A stretch of 63,756 nt of DNA, filler included, from Trichosphaerium sp. ATCC 40318 (lineage: Eukaryota; Protista; Tubulinea), in assembly GCA_038496445.1 (NCBI GenBank). It is 3 parts of 3 records of this genome, joined end to end, with 100 filler letters (N's around TTAATTAATTAA, not from the genome) between each part and the next. Parts side by side here need not be neighbours in the genome. Positions count along the whole stretch, not along the records: positions 1 to 22,938 come from JALMLS010000463.1; positions 23,039 to 45,226 come from JALMLS010000432.1; 1 more part is not named here. One strand, written 5' to 3'. Position 1 is the first letter of the stretch. Each line of letters begins with the position of its first letter. Under the pieces are notes generated by a model. That model ran no database searches. It was not told the origin of the DNA and saw only the letters and a program-made list of their open reading frames with translations. A program made the position numbers and the translations under genes. Positions 12,649-23,392 of the stretch are shown in pieces.

Positions 12649-13261
12649 ACTCAAAGGTATGTTAAAGTATCTGACATTGTCAAACACAACCCAACCCAAA
12701 CTTACTGATATAAAATGGCCTCTTACACTAAAAATTATGTTGATAACAGTTGAAAGGTTCACAAAATGCGAAACTCTGTTAGTTTTTTAAGGAGAATCAA
12801 CAAACCACATGATATTTTGGAGATTTCTACCAAAATTACTTTCTGCCAGACACACAAATAGCCAGTGTATCCTTTACAATGTCATTGTCTTTTTTTTGAA
12901 TGAAATTATGCCAAAGCTATTGGAAGTATGCTTGTCAAACATATCTCACCAAATCTAAATGGATGCTTTGACTATACTTTGAAATATTCATCTAACAAAG
13001 AAAAAGATATAAAGAACAGTTTTGTTATGCATTGTATTTGGAAGTGTAGGAATTCTCTTTTTTTTGACAATGAAATACCACCCCACAAAAAGACATGTTT
13101 TGGCACCAACAAAACAGTCTTATTACACTCAATATAGATAACTCTCAATGTGTATCATTGTTAGATGAAAAAAAATTTACACAGATAGAAATTATGGGAA
13201 AGCTTTAAGCTAAATGGCCAACTTTATTTTTTTGAACTATGAAAAACAACTTGTAAAAAAA
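12649..13261 (+). mobile_element. 5'-truncated non-LTR retroelement 3' end, nested in the 2.2-kb element
   Basis: Homologous to the reverse complement of ~5420-6375; CIWKCRNSLFF motif typical of L1/Tx1 ORF2 C-termini; ends TTTGAACTATGAAAA...AAAAAAA. Confidence 0.8.
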
Positions 13262-13877
13262 TGCATGCATGGCCTGTATGTGTGGCATGTACTTTCAAAC
13301 TGTATCTAATTTGTATGTGGAATGTACTTTTAACATGTACATAAAAAAAGGTAAAAAAAAATTTGCCCAAAAAATCTGGCATTTGGTAGCCAAAAAATTC
13401 AAAAAAAAATCTCAAAAAATAACAGACAGCTTGTAGTCGCAAGGTACGAAACCATGTATTATTAATAGGAGAGGGTGTTTTAGGATTATTAGGGCATTTA
13501 CTTAAAAACTAGAGGAGAAAACTTAATAAAGTGCAAAATGTAGCTTTTTGCTGTGTTTTGTTGTTTTATTGCATAACTTTGGTCTCTCTGTACAAACCAC
13601 TCAGAAAATGTAGCATTAGGTATAATTAGGTACAATGCATGGTTTCATGGTGGTTTGGGGTTTGGTGCACCATTTTTAAGCAAAAACGACAGAAAATATG
13701 TATTTGGAGTAGTTTAAGGATATTATGGCTTAATAGCTCTATTAAACCACTTTTTAAAGACGATTATGGGTTTCAAGCATTTTTCTGAATAGTCATTAAG
13801 TTGTGGTGGTTAAGTTGCAGTTGTAGGTCGGTAAGGCATGATGATAGAAATATCTCCAGAAACATGGTCGTTTAGTG

Positions 13878-13940
13878 GTAATGTATTGTAATGTATTGTA
13901 ATGTATTGTATGTAGTGTATTGTAATGTATTGTAATGTAT
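13878..13940. repeat. (ATGTATTGTA)n microsatellite
   Basis: Read directly. Confidence 0.85.
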
Positions 13941-14014
13941 AAGTAGTTGTAATTACCAATAAACCAATCCATCGTTTTTAGTATTTTTTGTTCAAAACGA
14001 GGCAAAATTCCAAC

Positions 14015-14294
14015 TTTTGACACGTACAATATACGTACGTGCCACGTACTTTTCACACGTACAATATACGTACGTGGCACGTACTTTTCGCACGTACAAT
14101 ATACGTACGTGGCACGTACTTTTCACACGTACAATATACGTACGTGGCACGTACTTTTCACACGTACAATATACGTACGTGCCACGTACTTTTCACACGG
14201 ATGAAATACGTACGTGGCACGTATTTTGACACGTACAATATACGTACGTGCCACGTACTTTTTCACACGTACAATATACGTACTTCACACGTAC
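14015..14294. repeat. Second array of the 35-bp ACGTAC unit (~8 copies), same orientation as 12128-12312
   Basis: Read directly. Confidence 0.95.
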
Positions 14295-14399
14295 TTCCGA
14301 TTTTACTACTGCATTATCTACTCCCGATTTTACTGTTAGAAAAGTGGTGTCACCTAGCACTCACAACTGGTGAAATAGGATTATGACTTTGTGTTTGTT

Positions 14400-14580
14400 G
14401 TCTTTCAAAAACTTTGACTCAGTTGCTCACAAGGCTATTCAATGCATGTTGGCTAATCTTCCAGCATAGTTTCACATTTAAGATTAAAAATGGAAACAAG
14501 CAAGGTGATTCTCTTTCTCCAACACTTTTTGTTCTCACTCTCAAGTCTTTGCTGTACCATATGCATGAGGTCAACCAACC
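14400..14580 (+). mobile_element. Reverse transcriptase fragment
   Basis: FKIKNGNKQGDSLSPTLF matches the non-LTR RT GxxQGDPLSPxLF motif. Confidence 0.75.
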
Positions 14581-14748
14581 CATCACATATACTTTTCATT
14601 TTTTACATAGTTTGCCACACATATTACTAAAATTAAGAAAGCTGCTAGAGTGTTGTTCAATCTCCATGCATCAACACAACACTCTTCATGTTGCTGCTAT
14701 AACCCTTTGTCTGCATGTGGGCTTGGCTTTTTGGACCTTGAAAGTACA

Positions 14749-15162
14749 AAAAAGGGCACTGAACCCAAACCACCATGAAACCATGCATTGTATCTAACAG
14801 TGGGCCATACTTTTTTTTTAAAGGATTCATACTAGTAGACCTGAGTTATTCACAAAAAATAGAAAAATCAAGAAATTGTTGGTTTTTGGGTATTTTTACA
14901 TTTTTTGCCTACTTTTAAAGCCATGCCGATACAAACATAACTACTGTTTACTTGTAGATACATGTTTTATTGTTAGTGATCAGCTTTGGGGTGAGATGGT
15001 TGAGTTTTGAGTTTGTCAATTTTTTTATTTTTGAATTTTTGACCAACTTTCTATTAAGGACAGGTCATGGATACAACACGCAAATGGCACGTTTTGGGCA
15101 TGTTTATTTTCCACGCAAATGGCACGTTTTAGGCATGCGTATTTTGTTTGATTCCACCACTG
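14749..15162 (+). mobile_element. 5'-truncated third copy of the CAGTGG element
   Basis: Collinear with ~8055-8538; ends GATTCCACCACTG. Confidence 0.85.
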
Positions 15163-15547
15163 TACATTATATGAGAAAAAAAGGTATGTTGTGTATCCAA
15201 TAATTACAATTTGTACTTTACCTGTATGTAACCTGTATGGTTAAAGTATAAATCAATAGTATGAAACCCATACAAGTTAAGTATATGGGTCACATAAGTA
15301 CAGGTTCCATATGGAGTTAGTACAGGTCAAAATCTCAATTTCAATATTGATAGAAACAACCCAGCAACTTTTAAAATTGGTCAAGCTTGAAGATATCAAT
15401 TTTAAGGCATGCCATAACCACCATAGCTACACTTTGGATACCACTCACCATTTTTTTACTAAGCAACACATACACTTTGACCACATTGGCCAATGACTGA
15501 TGACAACCATAGAACAATGCCAATCTATTCTTCACTGATAAAAGTAC

Positions 15548-15900
15548 AAAATTGTGTCTATGCATATGTTCAGACCTGAACAACGATTACAACATTGTTG
15601 GTAGACTTAATCAAAACCATTAAAATATAAAAACAAAATGTAAAAAGATGGTTGGACAAGCCGGGCTTCGATCCCGGTACCTCGCCCATGCTAAGGGCGT
15701 GTGATACCAATTACACCACTCGCCCAATTGATATATGTAACATTTTGAATATTGGGGTACCAATAAACTACAATATACAACGTATTTATATGATTTACAA
15801 TGTTATATGTCTGTTACTCCCTCTGCGTCATTCAACAAATCATTTACAATGTTGTTGATGTCTGTAAATGTTTGCTTGTTCTGTTTGTTTGTTTTGGGTG
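15548..15900 (-). repeat. Right arm of 353-bp inverted repeat
   Basis: Reverse complement of 4976-5328; overlaps the final exon of the ARM-repeat gene. Confidence 0.97.
15653..15725 (-). tRNA. tRNA-Ala(AGC), identical inverted copy
   Basis: Exact reverse complement of 5151-5223. Confidence 0.97.
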
Positions 15901-18900
15901 CAACAACAGGTGACGTTGTTTGCAGTTTGGCAAGCAAGTCTGCAGTCTTTCAATTGAAATTAGCACTAACGAACCATACCGTTTTTACATACCTCTGTAG
16001 TGGCTTTAGTATTGTCATAGCACAGTGTGACTACACTGTCCAATAAGTCCCATATTTCCTATTGTACACACAGTCAGACAAAGGTATATTGGAAGACACC
16101 AACGGTACCTGATTAGGACATCTACTGTTTATATCCTCTTGTATCCAGTCATGTAAACCCTTTAAAGGTTCCAACACAACAGTAATGTGTGTTTTGGGCG
16201 GATATAAGCAGGAATCACTGGTGAGTATTTCTTTGATTGTGCCAAGACATGGCACACATACTGTATTGACAATTTCTTGTCTATAATATCGTTTGATTAC
16301 TGGTACCAGGTAAGAAACACCGTTCAAGTCAGCAAAGCACTGGGCAGTTTCTTGATGTTGTGCACATATGTGGAGGAAGCGTACAATGTAATACCTGAAA
16401 AACAAATTTCAGAAAAACCAGTACCAATAACAACGTACAAGAATAACGGCCGTGCGCTAGCTTCCTCTATTCTAGCTAGCGTCTTTTCAATTACCTTGTT
16501 GCCTAATAAACTCTTTCTCCCAATACAAACATCAGCAATCAATGCAATAGCCTACAATACACAGTAAACAAATTGACAACAATGTAAAGAAATGGTTGTA
16601 CTTGAAAGCAAGTGCGACTGAGCGCATCTTCTGGCCCAGCTTCTTGAATACTAGCCAACAAGGTCTGAACACCTCCGCCACCAACGACCTCTAATACTAT
16701 TCGATTGTCTGTCTTCATGGCTAGTGCAACAAAGGTCAGATTTGCAAATCAAAAAAAAACAACAATACGGAAGCGTACATCCTAGTAAGCTGTCTGCGAC
16801 TTCATTTCGCGATCCGTCACTTTTGCGCAGGGCCTATTGCGCCAGCGTCAATGTAATTGCCAATAATTGCAAGAATTACGCACGCCAAGTAGTTTCGATG
16901 TAGCCTCACTGACAGGAAGACAATTCAAAGGATCGCCTATGGCATCAAATATCATGTACAAATTCCCCTCGAAATCGTAATCGAGAGTACTCCGCTTTAC
17001 AAACCCACGCAGCTCATCTAGCCTCTGAACTGCGCACTGTCCCATAGATACCATCTAAAGCTCATGGTTGAGTATCTATCTACAACAAAAGGCACACTAT
17101 ATCAAAAAGGCGGGTTCGTACCTCCAATAAGGCTGAAGCAGCATGGCGCTTCAGATTCAAACCAGACTCAGACAATAATATATCTGTCAATGTGTTTTGC
17201 AAGTTGTTTTCACGCATCGCATAAAATCCACAATACGACGTTGCAAATTTTGTCAAAGTTTGCGCAGCTGCCTGTCTCACGTTGGGCATGTGGTCCTATA
17301 ACCACACCTGTTAGGAAAAGCATGGCTCTAGTCGATAAAAAAACCCAAAGAGAATACGAGTTCAAACGTACGTCTAGGAGCTTGCTGACTTGTGGTACAA
17401 CACTACCAGCAATAATATGAAACATGCCGTTTGTGCTATCTACCAACTGGCCTAGTATCTCGCAAGAATACTTGCGCACACCTGAGCCTTGGTTTCCCAG
17501 CATGTGACAAATGGTAACCACAACGCCCTGCTCTACAAGCTAGAAAATAAGTTAGAAGGGGAAAAAAGCGTCGAGTGTGCGTGTGGGTATCGTACCTCAT
17601 CAGCCGTTTCTAAATCTTTCAAGGCACGCTGTATATCCAACATACAGGTGAGTACCTGCATTTTACTTAATTTCATTTCAGGGTTCTGTGATAGGGTGCC
17701 AAGCATGCCTAGCGCTTTAGTGGCCTTTGCTTGATCTGGAGCAGTCTGTTGCTTGCCTCTTCTCTCTTGCCATCTTTTGAGGCGAACATGAGCACACAAT
17801 TACACAAAGAGCGCGGTTGTATAAGGATACGTACTTGGCGTATAGAGGCCCTCCTCTAAATACGGTGGCCAATTGCTTGTGCAACATGTCATCAAATTCT
17901 AGTGATTCCACGCCGGACAAAAATCTACGCGTATACGTAACAAACTGTTGTCTCACCCTGCACCAATAGAAACAACATGTTAACCAACAAAATAGATACC
18001 AAACCAAAATGCAAGCGAGAGATACGCACCATTCCTCCTTTTTATCGGATGTTTTCCAATCTCTCTCTTCCAGGCACTTTATGATGTTCGTAATGAACTT
18101 TTTGGCTTGACTGCTTAATGTCTTTTCTCCCTTTACAATAATACCTGTATTGAATGATGCACAAGTGTCGTACCACTGTGGTTTTGATTCGAAAAGTAAG
18201 TTTGTGGTGGACGAGATTGTTCCTGGTATAAGCATGATCTCAGCGCTTGTCAATGCAACATACGGTCTAATTTTGTCTCCAACACCTATTGCAACAACAA
18301 CAGTTAACTATTACTCGAGTGCAATGCTTGGACAGTACCTTGCAGAGGATGCACAAATAACGGACAAGCTATCGCCATCGCACATATTGCAGCCGCAGGT
18401 GCACCAACGAAAAGGATTCTTTAAGACAACAATTAGAATTCCTTTCTTACAAAAGTACTGACGAAATAAAATTACCTGTAACCCAATAACACTGAATACC
18501 ACAGGTGCATTGTATCAGGACCGAATTGTGTAATAATACTAACTAATGACGCGCCGGGGTATACATTCACCTCCAATGTTGGTACATCCACTTTGAATTG
18601 CTGCTCTCGAAATGTGACGGTAGTTTTGCCGGATATCCAGCCTGAGTTGAGGCTATCGTAGACCTCTTGCAGGATATTGGGATCAGGATTGTCCTGGGCA
18701 CGTGTCAACACCAATAATGGTTAAATGACAAACACATCATATGCGTACAATGTATTGTTTTACAGCCTCGCGACCAATAGGGCCAAACACATCAAAATAG
18801 GGTTCGCGTCCAAATATAACTATGAAAATAAAAATGAGTGTGCACAATGACACTTTGACTGATGCATACCAAGACTCTTTTGGATAGCACCACGCTTCAC

Positions 18901-19048
18901 TGTTGCGTCCGATTTGTTTCTAAAGAGCGCTATACCATACAGCGCTGGTTTGCCTTGTGGATTGTTTTGGGGCGGCAAGAATAGCATTGTTCCATCTTCT
19001 TTCAGTAAGTGGCCCTAACAGTACAACCCGTCAGCGTTTCACTACCAT
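15803..19048 (-). CDS. Multi-exon ARM/HEAT-repeat protein (start uncertain)
   Basis: Exons with ARM-like helices (VRKYSCEILGQLV..IIAGSVVPQVSKLL; GGGVQTLLASI; ADLNGVSYLVPVI) and canonical introns. Last exon TADLLAKLQTTSPVVAPKTNKQ...GVTDI* stops at 15803-15805. Confidence 0.65.
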
Positions 19049-19877
19049 TGATCCGCGAATAAATGGCCTGACACAGCGAAAACACAAAATAATGGGAAAA
19101 TCAACTTGGTTGCGCGTAGAGGAAACACTGTACCCTATCTGGAAGACAAAGATCGGCTATATAATTAATGGAGTAACCAAGGAAGTCGAACTACAGCAAA
19201 TACCGTCAAAAAGGCTGTAAGATACTGTGTTAACGGTATAGGAACATTACGTACGTTGTCAGGGTAGCTGCTAGATATTGTATTGCCTTCATTAATGTCG
19301 AACTCTAATTTTGTCACAACAACCCTCTTTTAATTACCCAAAGTGCGCGTACCTGCTACTGCCACCGCAGCAACCAATTTGCGAGGTGATCCGTCTAAAC
19401 GCTCCTGTTCTTCACTCATGCATGCTCCTGTTCGATTTGCCAATATTACGCTTGGGTAACAGTTTATACTGCGATGAAAACTCAAATTGCTACACCACAA
19501 ATTAAAACTCACTTAACTGCCTGCTCTTCCTTGATAAACCAACCTCGCGTTACAACGAGTAAACACTATCACCCCACACCTGTATCCGGAAAGATACCAA
19601 CCAAAAATGCACGTTACCCACCACAAACAAGTTACGCACCCCTCCTCTGGATCGCGCCTACGTGTGACTGGTTCAATGAGCGATCTAAACCGCCCAACGA
19701 ACAACAGAGGCACAGAAAAAAAACTCACCAAAACCACACGACGGGTACGCAAAAAGCTATCCATTACGCGATTGTTCGTATCCGTTTAGCTAAACGAATT
19801 TGGTGTAGGATAGAATTGCGAGTACGCACCGCCAATCAATAAGACAGAAACCTATTCTACAAACAAGAGCCTGCGCG

Positions 19878-21297
19878 ATGAAACTACCTAAAAAGCAATC
19901 ACAAAAATCTTTGTTCGATGTTGTATCTGACAATGCTCACCGTCATGCCGATGAATACACGCAATTAAGACAAATAGAGCATGGGTACGACATTTTATTT
20001 ATTTTAGTTGTTTTGGGTTTTTTCATTTCAAAAAACGAACAACAATCCATTTCCGAACAACCATTTTCGTCAACAATGTAATAAAACGCCTCACACGCAT
20101 TGCAACCTGAGAAAGCTCATTATGATTATTTTAGTACGTCTGGCACCATATTTTCAGCTCTTCACAAAAAGGCCAAAAAGATGGTGTGCATAAAGCGCAT
20201 GAAGCTAAAGGAAAATGTTATAACACCACAAATGATGAAAAACGAAATCCAGGTTATGAAAAAGTCAAAGCGACACAACAATGTCGTCACCTACCTCGAC
20301 AGCTTCATTGTCACCGACGAACTATGGGTACGGCACGGACAACTGGAGAACTAAAAATAAGCGAAGCAAACACTGTACTAACAGCGCATGGTAGGTCGTG
20401 ATGGAGTGGATGGAAAAAGGCGCTTTGTTTGAGTTTTTGGCGGACGGCATTGTATTTGACGGTGCGCAACATAAAGTGCTAGCATGTGTCATTGCCCTAA
20501 TTCCTATTGTAGAACGCGCTATTGCACACGTTTGTTTGTCGATACTGAAGGCTCTGGAATTTCTACATTCAAAGGGAAGGATACACAGGGACGTTAAAAG
20601 CGATAATATACTCATTGACGCTTACGGCAACGTCAAAATAAGTACGTTTTAAACAATCTATCTCAAAGACTTCGCCTATCAAAATCTGACCAAGGTTTTT
20701 CGCAATAGCCGACTTTGGATTCGCAGCACAACTTACCAAGAAAAAACAAAAGCGGCAAACGGTTGTTGGCACGCCGTATTGGATGGCTCCAGAAATTTTG
20801 GGGAGTCCTGCTGGTTATGGCGTCAAAGTTGATATATGGAGTCTCGGTATTGTTTGCTTCGAAATGGCAGAAGGTACCCTTTGCTGGCTTGTTGCTTCTG
20901 TTTTTTTTTTGTCAACAACCTCAAAGTAAGTCCCTCACACTTTGGTACTTTAGGAGAACCTCCGTACTTTAAATCAGCACCTATGCGTGCTATGACATTG
21001 ATGAATATACACGGCATACCTCCACTCTCTAACGAGGGGTATTGGAGCTACGAATTCAAGGAATTTAAGAACTACTGCTTAATGAAGCACCCAATGCGAA
21101 GACCAGATGCCCATCAATTGCTTTCAGTGCGTGTCATATATAGCCTTTCCATACATAGTACAAGCTGTCAAGTATCTGACATTTATTATTATTAGCACCC
21201 ATTTGTGAAAAACGCTTGCTCCAAAGAACACTTTTTGCGAGCGCTCACGCCAGAGACTACGAGAGGCGACCGTGCTGATGTTAGGGCTACAGTCTAA
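19878..21297 (+). CDS. STE20/PAK-family Ser/Thr kinase, essentially catalytic domain only
   Basis: [55 protein letters not shown] motifs across six exons; no CRIB motif seen. Confidence 0.92.
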
Positions 21298-21539
21298 CTC
21301 TTTTGTTTTTTTGATTTGCAGACAAAGCAAAAAAGAACAACCACCAATCAATTATCCTATTTTTGTGGCACTAGGCCAAAAAAGCTCTGTACCAACTTTC
21401 TTTACGTGTACCTAAGTGTATATTGTTATTAAAATTGTATGTTAACATGTGTTTGGTTGTTTTCTGTTTAGGCCTGACACCTCACTTAAAGTTTTTGCTC
21501 AAGTTACCTCAGTGGCCACACTTTTAGATTGATGGCTCT

Positions 21540-22489
21540 ATGAGCAAGAGAAAAGGTTATTTTCTTTACTGTGCTCTTGTTGTGGCTCACGTTGATTAGT
21601 TTCCACGCGTAGTACACGCAGTTCGACAAGTAAACCGGCCAAACGGCAAAAAATCGCAAAGGAAGGCGCTGACGACGCGAAATCTGGCGCTTCAAATGCG
21701 TCGGTTGAAAGTGCACCTGAAAAACCGTCCATGCTTGATAATATTGAAGGTAACTCGTATTTTCAGATGTAGGACGTTAATTCACCGTAAATTTCAGCTT
21801 TTAAGCGCGAAACAACTGAATACTCGCAAAAAGTACGAGCACTGGCCGATCGCATGCAAAAAATGAAGAAGGAAGCGCAAAAGACGCTTCTATTTTTTCA
21901 GGTTCTTAATTCTATTAGTTGTACACCCATTAGACTTAAAAACCGTTAATAGGACTCCACAACATTTTGGCGAGAGTATACACGCTTTATGGAAACAAAC
22001 AGAAAGGTATTTATTTTTTCAGGTGTTGAAAAAATAAAATTTATCAAAAAAACCAGCTAACACTGTGTCAAAAGGTGGAATTGGACGATTTGCCAACTGG
22101 TTGCTTTTCAGTGGCGGACAACAACATTAATTTATATTTGCTGTACAGTGAAGTGATATCACGTGGGGGTTTTCTACGCGTGCGTGTGTTGCAAAGAGAC
22201 CACACCTCATATTTTTACTTGCGTGTGTATTCACGTGCAAATACCTCTTTTCGTACATCCCCAGTGCTGAAACATCTTTTGATTATAGGTAAATCACGTG
22301 ATGGCTTGGAACGATGTTTATCACAGCGTTTGCGATGCAGTGCCACACGCTACGTACCTGACTTACGAGGCTCAAGAACGACTGAAAGATCTGTACAAAT
22401 ACTTTTTACTCGCATACGAATGCAATCAGCGTCTAGAACACGATGCAATTGCATTACCGCACCGTGCCACAGAAGATGCTTCAACCTAA
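21540..22489 (+). CDS. Small ARID/BRIGHT DNA-binding domain protein
   Basis: INLYLLYSEVISRGG..V...W..V....LKDLYKYFLLAYE is the ARID signature; multi-exon, start approximate. Confidence 0.8.
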
Positions 22490-22938
22490 TCTGACGCATG
22501 TCAAGAATGCTTGCCTGTACAATAACCACCCAGTATAACGTTTCCAGTGTATGAAACAGCTCGAATTATAAAAAAAAACCAAATGTATCAAAAATTGTAT
22601 CAACAACAGCATTACTGTGCTTGCGAACTGCGTCATTGCAACTAGCTGCAGCAATCACATACCAACCAGCCATCAAAGCGTATTTGGGTGGCGACAACGG
22701 TATAGGCTACAGCAAAGAGTCGCTATGGTTACACGCTGCAAAAGTTACCAGTACGCGTGAAGATTAAAACTAGACCTAGCGAGGTGCAGCTCTGTGACCC
22801 GCTTTGTGGGTCCTATTCATGTTGGTTGTTGTAACGTTGAGTGGTTGAGGCTTATTGAAGAATTGTGACCAGTGCGCATAAAAATCAGTTTCTGTTTTGA
22901 AAACTAACAAAGAGGCACCATGATACGTATTGCAAGGG

Positions 22939-23038
22939 NNNNNNNNNNNNNNNNNNNNNNNNNNNNNNNNNNNNNNNNNNNNTTAATTAATTAANNNNNN
23001 NNNNNNNNNNNNNNNNNNNNNNNNNNNNNNNNNNNNNN
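22939..23038. other. Artificial contig spacer (N44-TTAATTAATTAA-N44)
   Basis: Six-frame-stop linker inside an N run; identical to 45227-45326. Confidence 0.97.
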
Positions 23039-23331
23039 AGAGACATGGCGTTTACAAAGAGTGGGAGGATAAGTATAATACGAATAGGTTCTTGAAGATA
23101 CATTGCATGTACAAGAATGGGGAGTTTGATGGGTTTTATAAAAGGTGGCATTCAGAAGGAGTACAAAGCAAAGATTGTTCTTTTTCTGATGGTTTAAAGG
23201 ATGGAGAGTATAAGGAGTGGTTGAATAATGGAAGCCTTTACATCCATTGTTATTATGAAAAAGGTAAACTTGTTGGTGAATTCAAGCAGTGGGGTATCAA
23301 CGGTAGACTTCAAATGCACAAATTTTACTAG
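23039..23331 (+). CDS. MORN-variant (YwqK-like) repeat protein, 5' end cut by contig edge
   Basis: Repeating G(E/F)YKxWxxxGxLxxxCxYxxG units; no intron in the visible part. Confidence 0.8.
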
Positions 23332-23392
23332 CAACAAAAAAAAAACCAAACTAAGTTTGAACCGGTCTTGTGGAACCAAATACTTTTATTTG

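Larger units (their letters stand above)
12111..14311 (+). mobile_element. 2.2-kb non-autonomous DNA element, TIR CAGTAGT(A/G)AAATCGG, 2-bp TSD CA
   Basis: Both TIRs intact, CA on both flanks, direct 35-bp arrays at both ends, internal retroelement insertion. Confidence 0.9.
11966..14336 (-). mobile_element. Short element of the 6031-6236 family, split by the 12111-14311 insertion
   Basis: Joining 12110 to 14314 gives ATCCATACTCTACCTGTACATTATCTACTCCCGATTTTACTG, which closely matches the reverse complement of the 6031 terminus. Confidence 0.8.

Noticed and set aside
12128-14294. 35-bp arrays as CRISPR
   Set aside because: Head-to-tail repeats with no unique spacers, no cas genes, eukaryotic context, and located just inside transposon TIRs.
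7491-15203. Repetitive ORFs (e.g. RTWHVLFTRTIYV, PKTCPKR)
   Set aside because: Translations of subterminal DNA repeats, open in several frames.
4976-15900. Whole island as one large TIR transposon (Polinton/Maverick, CACTA, Mutator)
   Set aside because: No convincing TSD (flanks ..GTAAAAAAC / CAACAACAG..), no polB, integrase, capsid or transposase ORF, and the right arm is continuous with a host exon, so the CACCC start is coincidental coding sequence.
22983-22994. TTAATTAATTAA palindrome (also 45271-45282)
   Set aside because: Centred in N runs of identical length; a synthetic six-frame-stop contig linker, not biology.
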